DNA of 64,000 nt from an uncultured Verrucomicrobiae bacterium (GTDB lineage: Bacteria; Verrucomicrobiota; Verrucomicrobiia; Limisphaerales; Palsa-1400): positions 1-64,000 of the forward strand of contig CAVXRD010000003.1 in assembly GCA_963764165.1 (NCBI GenBank). The letters run 5' to 3'. This document shows, piece by piece, positions 7,447 to 17,042 of the stretch; the first letter of the stretch is position 1, and each line of letters opens with the position of its first letter. The position numbers and the translations under genes are program-made. The notes beneath the pieces are model-generated. The model was given only the letters and a program-made list of their open reading frames with translations. It searched no databases and was not told the DNA's origin.

Positions 7447-10134
7447 TCAGGGTGCTATCGGCAGCATCACAATCCGATAGAATTGCTCTTTGCCTCCCGG
7501 AACGGTTTCCGTGTCTGTCGTTGTAACGTCTGACGCTGTAATCGTGTTCAGGACCGTCCATTGATCCGGTGATAAGCTGGGGGCGGATTCAACTTTGTAC
7601 TGGAACCCAGGCAAGCTGTTCCACGTCAAAGTCACGGAGCCATTGGCGATTTGAAAATTGACGATGGTCGGCGCTGGTATTGGCACCAGGCTTACTTCGT
7701 CCAGCAATAAGTAATCCGGATCATCGCGAGATAAAAACTGCAGAATTGAGTTTGTCGCCTTGGCGACCGCTATGAACTGATAATTCTGGTAATCGAATGA
7801 CCCGGAATTCGTAATGCCAAACAGAACATTGGTCGACGTCGCCGTGGCGAGCTGAGCCCGGAACACGCTTGGCGTCAAACCCGTCGGATTGGAGAACCAG
7901 AAGGACAAGAGATAAGCCGTGCCGGGAACTGTCCGGACGGGTTGATAAAGTTCGGTAACTGCATTCGAGGATCCCAACGCGAAGAAGGCATCGCCCGATT
8001 CCGCCGAATAACCTGTATTATATCCGGTGTCGACAAAATCGAACGGCCCAAAGGCATCAAACCCACCCAATACCCAATACGCGCTTTCCTCCGCTTCAAA
8101 TCCGCCGTCGTGGATCAGGTTCTGATCCACTTGAAGCGCGAACTGCCGGAGTTGCGCCTGCTGGCTCGTCAAATTTGTAAACCACAAATCGGCCACATAG
8201 ACGCCAGCAGTCAGCGAATTTGCCGCCGCATTGGCGCTTACGGAAATCGTCTGGGAAGACGCCGCGGCAAGAGTGCCGCTTTGGGCGGAGAGAGTCAGCC
8301 ACGGAACGGCGCCGCCGACCACCCAATTCGCCGAGCTGCTGCTGGAATTCGTCAGCAGGACGCTCAAGTTCGAAATCGTGAACGGCCCTCCGACCGCCCC
8401 GCTTCCCGTGAATCCGCGACCCGGGGATATTATAAACCCGTCTGGAGAAACCAGCGATTGCATCAACGTGTTGCCAATTGGGCTGCCAAGGCCGGTGCAT
8501 AAATCGTAACCCGCCGTGGCGTAGAAATGAGTCGCCACAGCGTTTGTGTTATTTCCGGAGGTGATGTCATTGAAGTTCGCGGAATATGCGACGTTAGTGC
8601 GGTGCCCATACAAGGCGTAAAGAGCCGGGTTTATAAAACCGACATTGGTGTGGCCAAGAGAAGTGGCGTACTGGTTTGCAATGGCGGTATACGCCGCCCA
8701 AAACGGCGCCGCCGCGCTCGTGCCGCTGACGATTTCGTCCTGGCCCTCGTCGGCGACGGTGAAAATATTTGCGGCCACGGCGGAGACGTCAGGTGTGTTC
8801 CGATAAGTTGAGGAGGCCAGATTCGAAGAGGTGGCAACGCCTGATTGCCATGTGGCGGTGGAGGCAATCGTGTAAGAGGTGCTGATTCCACCGCCTGATG
8901 CGTATACATAATCATTGGCATCCCAGACAATTTCTCCCATCCAGGCGCCATTGGTATCGCTGGTCAGGACCGTAGTGCCTCCAACTTGGATAATATATGG
9001 ATCATCCTGGGGGATAGGCAATGCCTCACCGGTGGCATAGGCGCCGCTGTCGCCCGATGCCTCAAAGAACGACTGGCCCTGCGTTTGCATCTTCTTAAAA
9101 TAGTTGTCCATCGTTGTCACGGGCGGCGATCCGTAGCTCCACGAGGAGCTGAATTGTTTAACCGTCGTGGCGGAAGCCATCGCGGCCAAAATGGTGTTGG
9201 CGGAGCTGGTGGTTGCGTAGACGATGATTTGCTTTAGGCCAGGCGCAACCGACATAGCCATTTCGATGTCGAGCGCCACTTCGCCGTCCGCATCGCCGGG
9301 CGTCCCATCGTAGCCACCCAAGAGAGTCGTGGAAACCGTAGGTGGGTTTGTGATGTTGGCCACACTTTCATAAGTGGCGACGTCGCTGGCGTAGTAATTG
9401 TCGAATTCAAACAATCCAACGGTTTGGCCGGTGCCGGTCAAGGTCGATCCTGGAAGATAAATCTGCCGGTAATCAGAGCCAAGGAAAGTTCCGTAGGGCC
9501 CGGAGCCGTCCATCGAGACCGTATACGCGACAGGTCCGTTTGTTCCGTGATGGCTTCCAAGAATTCTCTTGTGAAAGCTCGCAGGGTGGGGGAGCAGGTA
9601 ATTGTTCAGCCCGCTGATGTCCGCAATGGGCACACCATCCGGTACCGAAGGCTCCACATCGGGTGAATAAAAATTGCGCGCTTCCGTTGGGTGCGGATAG
9701 GTCCGCAGGTTCAGATTGAAGGCAGTCTCGATGTCCTTCGACGCGGCGGTAACTTCCAGCAGCATCCGGTCTTCATGTGTCGCCGTCACGTTGAAACCGC
9801 TGGCTTTCGCGAATTGAACCACGGAATCGTATTCCTCCTGGGTCGGGCCAAACCGGGCAACAAACTCCTCGGAACTCAAGTAGTGATGATACTGGGGGCT
9901 GTTCGGATCGTAGATCGCGGCAATGAGGCTGTCCAATTCGCCCTGATGATGAAGGGGCAAGCCGATGGCCAGCGTCAGGTTGGTTTCCCCAGCAAGTTTG
10001 CCCGAGGATTGAAGTTTGGAAACGATGGCCGGAACATGCCCGGGAAGGGATTTAAGCGGCGCGGACACCGCTGTGTAACTAATCAGTACGGCTACAATGC
10101 AAGAAGAGACTGTGATTGGTTTTCTGTGATTCAT
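7447..10134 (-). CDS. S53 sedolisin/kumamolisin-like protease with pro-domain, Ig/CBM-like modules and C-terminal FYR domain
   Basis: Start MNHRK at 10134 precedes a signal peptide. Pro-domain LAIGLP, EVALDIE, ASGDSG, GTSAAAP and GYDLCTGLGSP. Confidence 0.92.
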   Translation of the reverse strand: MNHRKPITVSSCIVAVLISYTAVSAPLKSLPGHVPAIVSKLQSSGKLAGETNLTLAIGLPLHHQGELDSLIAAIYDPNSPQYHHYLSSEEFVARFGPTQEEYDSVVQFAKASGFNVTATHEDRMLLEVTAASKDIETAFNLNLRTYPHPTEARNFYSPDVEPSVPDGVPIADISGLNNYLLPHPASFHKRILGSHHGTNGPVAYTVSMDGSGPYGTFLGSDYRQIYLPGSTLTGTGQTVGLFEFDNYYASDVATYESVANITNPPTVSTTLLGGYDGTPGDADGEVALDIEMAMSVAPGLKQIIVYATTSSANTILAAMASATTVKQFSSSWSYGSPPVTTMDNYFKKMQTQGQSFFEASGDSGAYATGEALPIPQDDPYIIQVGGTTVLTSDTNGAWMGEIVWDANDYVYASGGGISTSYTIASTATWQSGVATSSNLASSTYRNTPDVSAVAANIFTVADEGQDEIVSGTSAAAPFWAAYTAIANQYATSLGHTNVGFINPALYALYGHRTNVAYSANFNDITSGNNTNAVATHFYATAGYDLCTGLGSPIGNTLMQSLVSPDGFIISPGRGFTGSGAVGGPFTISNLSVLLTNSSSSSANWVVGGAVPWLTLSAQSGTLAAASSQTISVSANAAANSLTAGVYVADLWFTNLTSQQAQLRQFALQVDQNLIHDGGFEAEESAYWVLGGFDAFGPFDFVDTGYNTGYSAESGDAFFALGSSNAVTELYQPVRTVPGTAYLLSFWFSNPTGLTPSVFRAQLATATSTNVLFGITNSGSFDYQNYQFIAVAKATNSILQFLSRDDPDYLLLDEVSLVPIPAPTIVNFQIANGSVTLTWNSLPGFQYKVESAPSLSPDQWTVLNTITASDVTTTDTETVPGGKEQFYRIVMLPIAP

Positions 10135-10275
10135 AATGGACGACCTCGGCACGGCAAGAACAGTAAACTCGGATTGGGTTATTTCAAGGGTAAAATGACA
10201 ACAATAATGTGCGCAAATTTTTGGTGTGGCGACACTCCGTCGAGCCCATTCTAGATTATTAGGCCAGGCACAAGG

Positions 10276-10330
10276 GGCAGGGCGCGATCCCAAGAAATCC
10301 AATCAGTGCTCGACAGGGTCTTGCCCTGCC
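10276..10330. repeat. Degenerate REP-like inverted repeat
   Basis: GGCAGGGCGCGATCCC ... GGGTCTTGCCCTGCC, with the same GGCAGGG/CCCTGCC termini as the REP pairs. Confidence 0.45.
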
Positions 10331-10372
10331 AAATTAGCTGTAACCACCGAGGGAGGGCCAGCGTCATTTCTA

Positions 10373-10401
10373 TTGCCAGAACGTTCAACGTATATTAATG
10401 T
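10373..10401 (+). promoter_or_regulatory. Candidate sigma-70 promoter for the DUF1501 operon
   Basis: TTGCCA-N17-TAATGT about 50 nt upstream of the ATG. Confidence 0.4.
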
Positions 10402-10448
10402 GCAAACAACAAGAACCGTTGAGCCGAGCCAGCTAAAGAAGGTGTATT

Positions 10449-11873
10449 ATGTTTGATTGTTGCGATAATTGTGTGCGGACACCATTGGCCACGCGCCGCC
10501 AGTTTCTCTCTCGTCTTGGAATGGGTTTTGGCGCCCTCGGGCTTGCGGCGCTGCTGCGCGATGAATCCCTGTTTGCCGCCGACGCCGAACCGAGCCTTTC
10601 TCCGCTCGCGGCCAAAACTCCACCCCTTCCTGCCAAGGCCAAGAGGGTTATCCACATTTTTGCCCAAGGCGCTCCCTCTCAAGTGGATACGTGGGACCCG
10701 AAGCCGACCCTGGTCACCCAGGACGGCCAGGCTATCGGCGGGCGCGGCGTCGCGATGGGATCGCCCTTCAAATTCACACGCCACGGACGCTCCGGCATCG
10801 AGGTCAGCGAAGTCTTTCCGAAATTGGCCGAACACGTCGATGAAATGGCGGTCATCCGCTCGATGTGGACAGACGTGCCGGCCCATGAATTGGCCACGGT
10901 GATGATGAACACGGGTTCGCGCCAGACCATGAAACCTTCGATGGGTTCCTGGACGATTTACGGTTTGGGCACCGAAAACCAAAACATGCCCGGATATATC
11001 TCGCTGCACAATGGCGGTGGATTGCCTCCCGGCGGCACCCAAAATTGGGGTTCGGCTTTCCTGCCGGGAATTTACCAGGGCACAAGCATTAACACCTCGG
11101 CTGGCCCGGTGGATAAGATGATTGAAAATATCAGCAGCCCTTACGTATCGGTGGCGGAGCAGCGCCGGCAATTGGATTTGATCCACCAACTCAACGAGCT
11201 TCACGCCCAGGACTTGCAGAAGGACGCGCAATTGGAAGCCCGCATTGAGGCTTATGAAATTGCCTTCAAAATGCAGGCAGCCGCCTCGGACGCCTTCAAT
11301 CTGAACAAAGAGCCGCAGCATGTGAAGGATGTTTACGGAAATACACCGCAGGGCCGCCAGATGTTGATCGCGCGGCGCTTGCTGGAAAGCGGCGTTCGAT
11401 TCGTCCAAGTGTGGGCGGGTGGCTGGGACCATCACCAGGATTTGGAACGCCGGCTGCCGGAGCGCGCCCGCGAAATTGATCAGCCGCTGGCGGCATTGAT
11501 GGCTGACTTGAAGCAGCGCGGGATGCTCGACAGCACGCTGGTCATTTGGGGCGGTGAATTTGGCCGCACTCCTACCAAAGATCGCAACGGCAACGCGAAT
11601 CCAGGCCGCGATCACAACGCCAAGGCGTTCAGCATCTGGATGGCCGGTGGCGGCGTCAAGGGCGGAACGGTCTACGGCTCGACAGATGAATTTGGCGCGG
11701 CGGCAGTGGATAATCCAGTGCATGTCCATGACTTGCACGCCACGGTTCTGCGGCTTTTGGGTTTTGACCACATGGCCTTGAATTATCGCTACAACGGTCG
11801 CGATTTTCACCTGACGGACGTGGCAGGCAGCAGCGTGACGAGCGTGAACGTTGTCAAGGGAATCATCGCCTGA
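10449..11873 (+). CDS. DUF1501 family protein (Tat-exported)
   Basis: TRRQFL twin-arginine signal, AKAKRVIHIF, PSQVDTWDPKP, GWDHH, WGGEFGRTP, GRDHN and VHVHDLHAT. Confidence 0.93.
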   Translation: MFDCCDNCVRTPLATRRQFLSRLGMGFGALGLAALLRDESLFAADAEPSLSPLAAKTPPLPAKAKRVIHIFAQGAPSQVDTWDPKPTLVTQDGQAIGGRGVAMGSPFKFTRHGRSGIEVSEVFPKLAEHVDEMAVIRSMWTDVPAHELATVMMNTGSRQTMKPSMGSWTIYGLGTENQNMPGYISLHNGGGLPPGGTQNWGSAFLPGIYQGTSINTSAGPVDKMIENISSPYVSVAEQRRQLDLIHQLNELHAQDLQKDAQLEARIEAYEIAFKMQAAASDAFNLNKEPQHVKDVYGNTPQGRQMLIARRLLESGVRFVQVWAGGWDHHQDLERRLPERAREIDQPLAALMADLKQRGMLDSTLVIWGGEFGRTPTKDRNGNANPGRDHNAKAFSIWMAGGGVKGGTVYGSTDEFGAAAVDNPVHVHDLHATVLRLLGFDHMALNYRYNGRDFHLTDVAGSSVTSVNVVKGIIA

Positions 11874-11885
11874 TTAGCCGCGGTC

Positions 11886-14321
11886 ATGAAGAATCTTCCC
11901 AGCATTCTCGGAATCGCGGCGATGGGAGTTTTGATGGCGTCGCCGGCGGCGTTTGGGCAGGCCGCGAATAAAGCGGGGCTGGATTATTTCGAGGCCAACA
12001 TTCGCCCGATTCTGGTCAATAATTGCTACAAATGCCACAGCTCTGAGTCCGGGAAATTGAAAGGCGGGCTGTCGGTTGAATTTCACGAAAGCCTGATCAA
12101 AGGCGGCGACAGCGGTCCGGCTATCGTGCCCGGCAATCCTGACAAGAGCCTGCTCATCAAGGCGGTTCGCTACCAGGATGCGGATCTTAAAATGCCGCCC
12201 AAAGGCGAGAAACTCTCTGACTCGCAGATCGCAGCCCTGACGCAGTGGGTGAAGATGGGCGCACCCGATCCCCGCACCGTGGGAAAGACGACGCTTGCCA
12301 GCGCCGCAAGCTGGAGCAAAGACCGACGCAACCATTGGGCGTTCCAGCCAATTCGGAAGCAAGCTGAACCGGTCGTGCAGGATACAAATTGGGTCGCCAA
12401 CCCGATTGATTCATTCATTCTGGCCAAGTTGGAAAAGAACGACATGAAGCCGAACCCGCCCGCGGACCGCCGCACGCTGATTCGCCGCGCCACTTACGAC
12501 TTAACCGGCCTCCCTCCGACGCCAGAGGAAGTTAAGGCGTTCCTCGATGATAGCTCCGCAGACGCCTATGAAAAGGTCGTGGATCGCTTGCTGGCCTCGC
12601 CGCAATACGGCGAGCGCTGGGGCCGCATCTGGCTCGACACGGCGCGTTACGCGGATACCAAGGGCGACATTAAGCAGAACGAGGACGTTCCGATTTATCC
12701 GTACGCTTGGACCTATCGCGATTATGTCGTGAAATCGTTTAACGACGATAAGCCGTTCAATAAATTCGTGGTCGAGCAATTGGCCGCTGACCGCATTTCC
12801 GGGGGCAGTCCCGGCTCGCTGGCCGCTCTTGGCTTTCTCACGCTGGGACCGCGTTTTGCTGACAACAAAAACGACGTGATTAATGATCGCATCGATGTCG
12901 TTTGCAAAGGGTTCCTGGGACTGACCGTTACCTGCGCTCGGTGCCACGATCACAAATTCGATCCCATTCCGCAGGCGGACTATTATTCGCTGCGGGGAAT
13001 CTTTGACAGTTGCGTCGAGCCGCAAAACGAGCCGGTGATCGGGCCCACGAAGATGACTGACGATTACAGGGAGTTCACCAAGAAAATCAACGATCTGCAG
13101 CTTAAAATCGTCAATGACGAAGGCCAGATGAAAGGCAAGCGCAACGATCCGAAAAACAAGGAACTGCGAAACGAGGAAAATCAAGCCCGGCGCACAATCG
13201 CGCGGCTGGAAATGTCTGACCCCGGTTCGCCGCCTTGCGCAACGGTGTTGTATGACGCCAAGGAGCCGAAGGACTCGCCGGTGTTTCTCCGTGGAGAAGC
13301 GGCGACCAAAGGCGATGTTGTCCCTCGGCGTTTCCTGGAAATTCTTTCCCCGCGCAATCGAGTTCCATTTGTCAAAGACAGCGGGCGGCTGGAGCTGGCT
13401 GGGAATATTATAAACCCCGGAAATCCATTGACGCCCCGCGTCATAGTCAATCGCATTTGGCTGCACCACTTCGGCCAGGGCATTGTCAGCACGCCGGATG
13501 ATTTCGGCAACCAATCGGAACCGCCCAGCCATTCGGAATTGCTCGATTATCTGGCCCTGCAATTCATGCAGAACGGCTGGTCAATCAAGAAACTGCATCG
13601 CGAAATCATGCTCTCCAGCACGTATCGGCAGAGCAGCGCGACCAATCCCCGCTATGTTCAAACGGATCCCTTGAACCATTTGCTCTGGCGCGCCAACATA
13701 CGACGGCTGGATTTCGAGGAAATCCGCGATTCGATTTTGGCGCTGGGCGGACAACTGGATTTGACGATGGGCGGGCCGCCTGTTCAATTGGATTTGGGAG
13801 AGGGCGGCTTTTCTCATCGCCGCACGATTTACGGAATGGTCGATCGCCGGAATTTGCCGGAAGTTTATGGTCAATTCGATTTTGCCAATCCGGATCTGAC
13901 TTCGGGCAAGCGTTATGAGACGACCGTTCCGCAGCAGGCGTTGTTCATGATGAACAATCCGCTGGTCGTCGAACTGGCCCGGCGGCTGGTCAATCAGCCG
14001 GAATTCAAGGAGCAAACCGGCTCGGAGGCGCGCATCAAATTCCTTTACGAGCGCATTTATCAGCGCGAGCCGTCGGAAATTGAGACGCGCCTCGGCGAGG
14101 ATTATGTCGAGCAGTCTCCCGCTCCCGAGCAAATCTCCGAGGAAAGCCGGGAGGAAATCGCCCAGCAACGCAAACCCGCCATGGCGGATAATGGCAAGAA
14201 AAAAGGCGGACGTGCGATGTCGATGGCCAGCGTGGGCCCACGCCAGTTGAAGCCCATCGGCACCTGGGTAAAATACGCTCACGTCCTCCTGCAGGCGAAC
14301 GAAGCCATTTTCATCAATTAA
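11886..14321 (+). CDS. Planctomycete-type cytochrome c plus DUF1549/DUF1553 (PSD1) protein
   Basis: CYKCH, HWAFQP, LIRRATYDLTGLPPT, YGERWGRIWLD, CARCHDHKFDP, RVIVNRIW and QQALFMMN. Confidence 0.93.
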   Translation: MKNLPSILGIAAMGVLMASPAAFGQAANKAGLDYFEANIRPILVNNCYKCHSSESGKLKGGLSVEFHESLIKGGDSGPAIVPGNPDKSLLIKAVRYQDADLKMPPKGEKLSDSQIAALTQWVKMGAPDPRTVGKTTLASAASWSKDRRNHWAFQPIRKQAEPVVQDTNWVANPIDSFILAKLEKNDMKPNPPADRRTLIRRATYDLTGLPPTPEEVKAFLDDSSADAYEKVVDRLLASPQYGERWGRIWLDTARYADTKGDIKQNEDVPIYPYAWTYRDYVVKSFNDDKPFNKFVVEQLAADRISGGSPGSLAALGFLTLGPRFADNKNDVINDRIDVVCKGFLGLTVTCARCHDHKFDPIPQADYYSLRGIFDSCVEPQNEPVIGPTKMTDDYREFTKKINDLQLKIVNDEGQMKGKRNDPKNKELRNEENQARRTIARLEMSDPGSPPCATVLYDAKEPKDSPVFLRGEAATKGDVVPRRFLEILSPRNRVPFVKDSGRLELAGNIINPGNPLTPRVIVNRIWLHHFGQGIVSTPDDFGNQSEPPSHSELLDYLALQFMQNGWSIKKLHREIMLSSTYRQSSATNPRYVQTDPLNHLLWRANIRRLDFEEIRDSILALGGQLDLTMGGPPVQLDLGEGGFSHRRTIYGMVDRRNLPEVYGQFDFANPDLTSGKRYETTVPQQALFMMNNPLVVELARRLVNQPEFKEQTGSEARIKFLYERIYQREPSEIETRLGEDYVEQSPAPEQISEESREEIAQQRKPAMADNGKKKGGRAMSMASVGPRQLKPIGTWVKYAHVLLQANEAIFIN

Positions 14322-14350
14322 GCCGAAGAGCGTCCGGCGGAAACACCAGA

Positions 14351-14399
14351 ACCCATCTCATAAATAGGGAATGGCCCGTCCCCTATTTATGAGATGGGT
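14351..14399. repeat. Perfect 19-bp inverted repeat between convergent genes
   Basis: ACCCATCTCATAAATAGGG - 11 nt - CCCTATTTATGAGATGGGT. Confidence 0.85.
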
Positions 14400-14421
14400 G
14401 CCAGGTTCCTCACCTGCGTTT

Positions 14422-16974
14422 TCAGAATTTCTCTTGCTCCTCGACTTCGGCCAAGCCGACGTCGATGTTCTGGCCACCGGTCGTTTGATGGCAGTGAACG
14501 GCAAGCGTAACCGTTGCGCCAGGTTTCAAAATGGCTTTTGCGGCCGTGCGAATTTCCATCGCGGAGTAGGCCGTGGTAAATCCGCCCTGGCTCGCCGCCA
14601 ATACGCCGTCGGTGTAGATTTCCACATCTTCGTCGTGATACACGAGGAATTGCAAAGCGGGGTAGCGCTTGTCCGGCATCCTGATGGTGCGGCGGAGCCA
14701 AATATCGCCGGAATCCCAGCGGGTGCGCACGACTGCGCCAGGCGTGCCATCGGTGCCGAAACCGGCCGGTCCCTTTTTCCACGAGGAATCGTCAAAGCTC
14801 GTCTTTGTCCAATCGTCAGAAGGCTTTTGCGTCGTGTAACTCCATACGCTCGGCCAATTTCGAGAAGTCGGGACAACTTCGACGATCTTCGGCGGCAGGG
14901 GCAGGGGCGCCCACGGGCCAACTTTCGTCTTGTCAGCGCGCGCCCATTTCATCCACATCGCGCGGTCGGCAAGCATCTTGATAAAAACGCCGCCGATGAC
15001 AGGGCGCGCATGCATGCCGTCGCTGTGAACGTTGTCGGTTTCGTAGGAATCGACGAAGGGCGAGCGGGCCGTCGTTTCGTTCAGGTAGGCGTAGATCGGA
15101 TCGGTCAAGGCTTCGAAATCCGCCTGGCTATCCGCCATCGTTGCGCACCAGAATGTCCAATCGGTCTTGGTCAATTTCGTGCGCGAATCAAGCGGCAAGC
15201 CGTAGCGCTGCATGACTGTTTTATAATAAGCGATTTCTTTTCGGGCGGCTTCCTTCGGGAAGACGTTCAAACCGAGGATTTGGTCCCACACAAGATTGTA
15301 TTTCTGGCTCCATGTGTTGGGCTTGTCGAAGGCGAGGCGGAAATGGTCGCCGTCTGAAGCCGCCGTCATCCAATGCGCCGCATCGGCTTTGGCGAGCTTG
15401 AAATACTTCTCCGCATGTATCATGTCGCCGCGCATCTTGCACATGTCGCCGTAAGCGGCCAGCGCGATAATCGCTTTGACAGAGAGATTGGCGTTGTGGG
15501 CGAGGTGGCCCATGAAGTCGTCCGTGCAAAGCTGGTCTTCCGGATCGAGGCCGTAATTTTCCAGGTATGCGGCCCATTGCGTCAGCTTCGGCCACCACGG
15601 GGTGACGAAATCCGCGTTGCCATCGATTTGCGCGAGCGCGTCGCACAGGATGAGCATGTTGCCGCTCTCCTCGACTGGCATGCCTTCGCCGCCATCGTCC
15701 GTTCCACTGGCAATCGGATAAGTGCCAAGGTCGTGCGGCGCGTTGGGAAATTTCCAGTGCCAGCTTTTGGCATACTCCAGAATAGGGACCAATGTGGCCT
15801 TGGCCAGCGAAGGGCTCAGCAGCAGCCATTGTGGATCCATCGGAAAGAAAACGTCGACCGTCGCGATGTCGCCGTTGCTGGTGTTTTCCTTGGTGAAGAA
15901 GAGCGGTTGCTTGTTGGCGTCCGCCGCCAGGCCGCAGGCGCAGGCGCATTGGCGGTAGGCGAGGGCGGCCATCTCCGCGTATTTCCGCCCGCCTGCTTTT
16001 GTGGCATCAGCCATCAGAGCTTCGTCGAAGGCAGCGCAGCGTTCAGCCAATTTCGGATAGTCATGCGACGCCTTTTCCAGCATTTGCGCCGCCGTTGCCC
16101 CGTGGCGGCGCCAATAGGGAAGCAAATTGCGGCCGAAATATTTGATCGCAAAAATTTCATCGTAAGCGACGATCACCTGGCGCGAGACGGGGCTGGCCAC
16201 ATGGCCGAAGTCGAGCGCGAAGGCCATGACCGGCTGATCACTTTTGGCGGGGCGCGGCATCATCCGGTCATCTTCCTTTGGCAGCGTGCCGCTGGCGATG
16301 AACGCGTCCATTAGCGCTTTGGCGGAGCCGAGCGCGGAAGCGGTGTGCGCCGTCGTCGCCGCCGCGTAGGCATAACCCCAATTGATGCGATGGTCGTCGC
16401 CGCTGGAACCAAGCACATCCTGGTCAGAAGTTCCGACGCGCAACGCAGTCAAATGTCCCGCCTTCTCGCGCCCCCAAACAACTTTCTCTTTGAAATCATT
16501 GACCACAAGTTCCGAGCTGGTGCTGTCATATACAGAAACAATGTGTTCGCGTCCATCCGTTGAGCGAACTTCCCACGTAATATAACTGAGCGGGAGCGCC
16601 ATCGCTTCCAGGTCGTTCGGCAGCGCGGGGCGCATGAACGTCATCGTGACATGCACGTTCGTGTTCTCGAATTCGTAGATGCTGCGCGTCGGCGTGACTT
16701 GGAGGCCTGTCTGGGGAAGCGGCGGAACCGAGGCGGGCTCGCCACCCATCAATCGGTATGATGCTCCGTCAACCCGGATCAAACTCGCCAGATCCTGGGC
16801 ATGCTTGGTCCAGTGAACGGTGGAGCGGCTGTTCAGATGATCGTCGTCTGACCAAATGCTGAGGTAGGGATCGAATGTCACCAGCGGCACCGCAGGCGGC
16901 CGAAATGTCTGGGCCGCCACATGCATGCTGGCGAAGACAGCAAGGCCCAAGGAAAGAGATTTAAGGATCATCAT
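14422..16974 (-). CDS. GtaA/glutaminase-A-like (DUF5127/DUF4965/DUF1793) secreted protein with C-terminal beta-sandwich
   Basis: RPPAVPLVTFDPYLSIWS, KENTSNGDIATVDV, APHDLGTYP, MPVEESGNM, QLCTDDF and WSQKYNLVWD. Confidence 0.88.
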   Translation of the reverse strand: MMILKSLSLGLAVFASMHVAAQTFRPPAVPLVTFDPYLSIWSDDDHLNSRSTVHWTKHAQDLASLIRVDGASYRLMGGEPASVPPLPQTGLQVTPTRSIYEFENTNVHVTMTFMRPALPNDLEAMALPLSYITWEVRSTDGREHIVSVYDSTSSELVVNDFKEKVVWGREKAGHLTALRVGTSDQDVLGSSGDDHRINWGYAYAAATTAHTASALGSAKALMDAFIASGTLPKEDDRMMPRPAKSDQPVMAFALDFGHVASPVSRQVIVAYDEIFAIKYFGRNLLPYWRRHGATAAQMLEKASHDYPKLAERCAAFDEALMADATKAGGRKYAEMAALAYRQCACACGLAADANKQPLFFTKENTSNGDIATVDVFFPMDPQWLLLSPSLAKATLVPILEYAKSWHWKFPNAPHDLGTYPIASGTDDGGEGMPVEESGNMLILCDALAQIDGNADFVTPWWPKLTQWAAYLENYGLDPEDQLCTDDFMGHLAHNANLSVKAIIALAAYGDMCKMRGDMIHAEKYFKLAKADAAHWMTAASDGDHFRLAFDKPNTWSQKYNLVWDQILGLNVFPKEAARKEIAYYKTVMQRYGLPLDSRTKLTKTDWTFWCATMADSQADFEALTDPIYAYLNETTARSPFVDSYETDNVHSDGMHARPVIGGVFIKMLADRAMWMKWARADKTKVGPWAPLPLPPKIVEVVPTSRNWPSVWSYTTQKPSDDWTKTSFDDSSWKKGPAGFGTDGTPGAVVRTRWDSGDIWLRRTIRMPDKRYPALQFLVYHDEDVEIYTDGVLAASQGGFTTAYSAMEIRTAAKAILKPGATVTLAVHCHQTTGGQNIDVGLAEVEEQEKF

Positions 16975-17042
16975 ATTTGAAAATTATAGGTTTAGGCACC
17001 CTATGTCATGTGGCATAAAGTGGCTCCATTCAGGGACGTTTG

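Noticed and set aside
10135..10302. N-terminal extension of the S53 ORF
   Set aside because: The signal peptide begins at MNHRK (10134); the extension reads through intergenic DNA.
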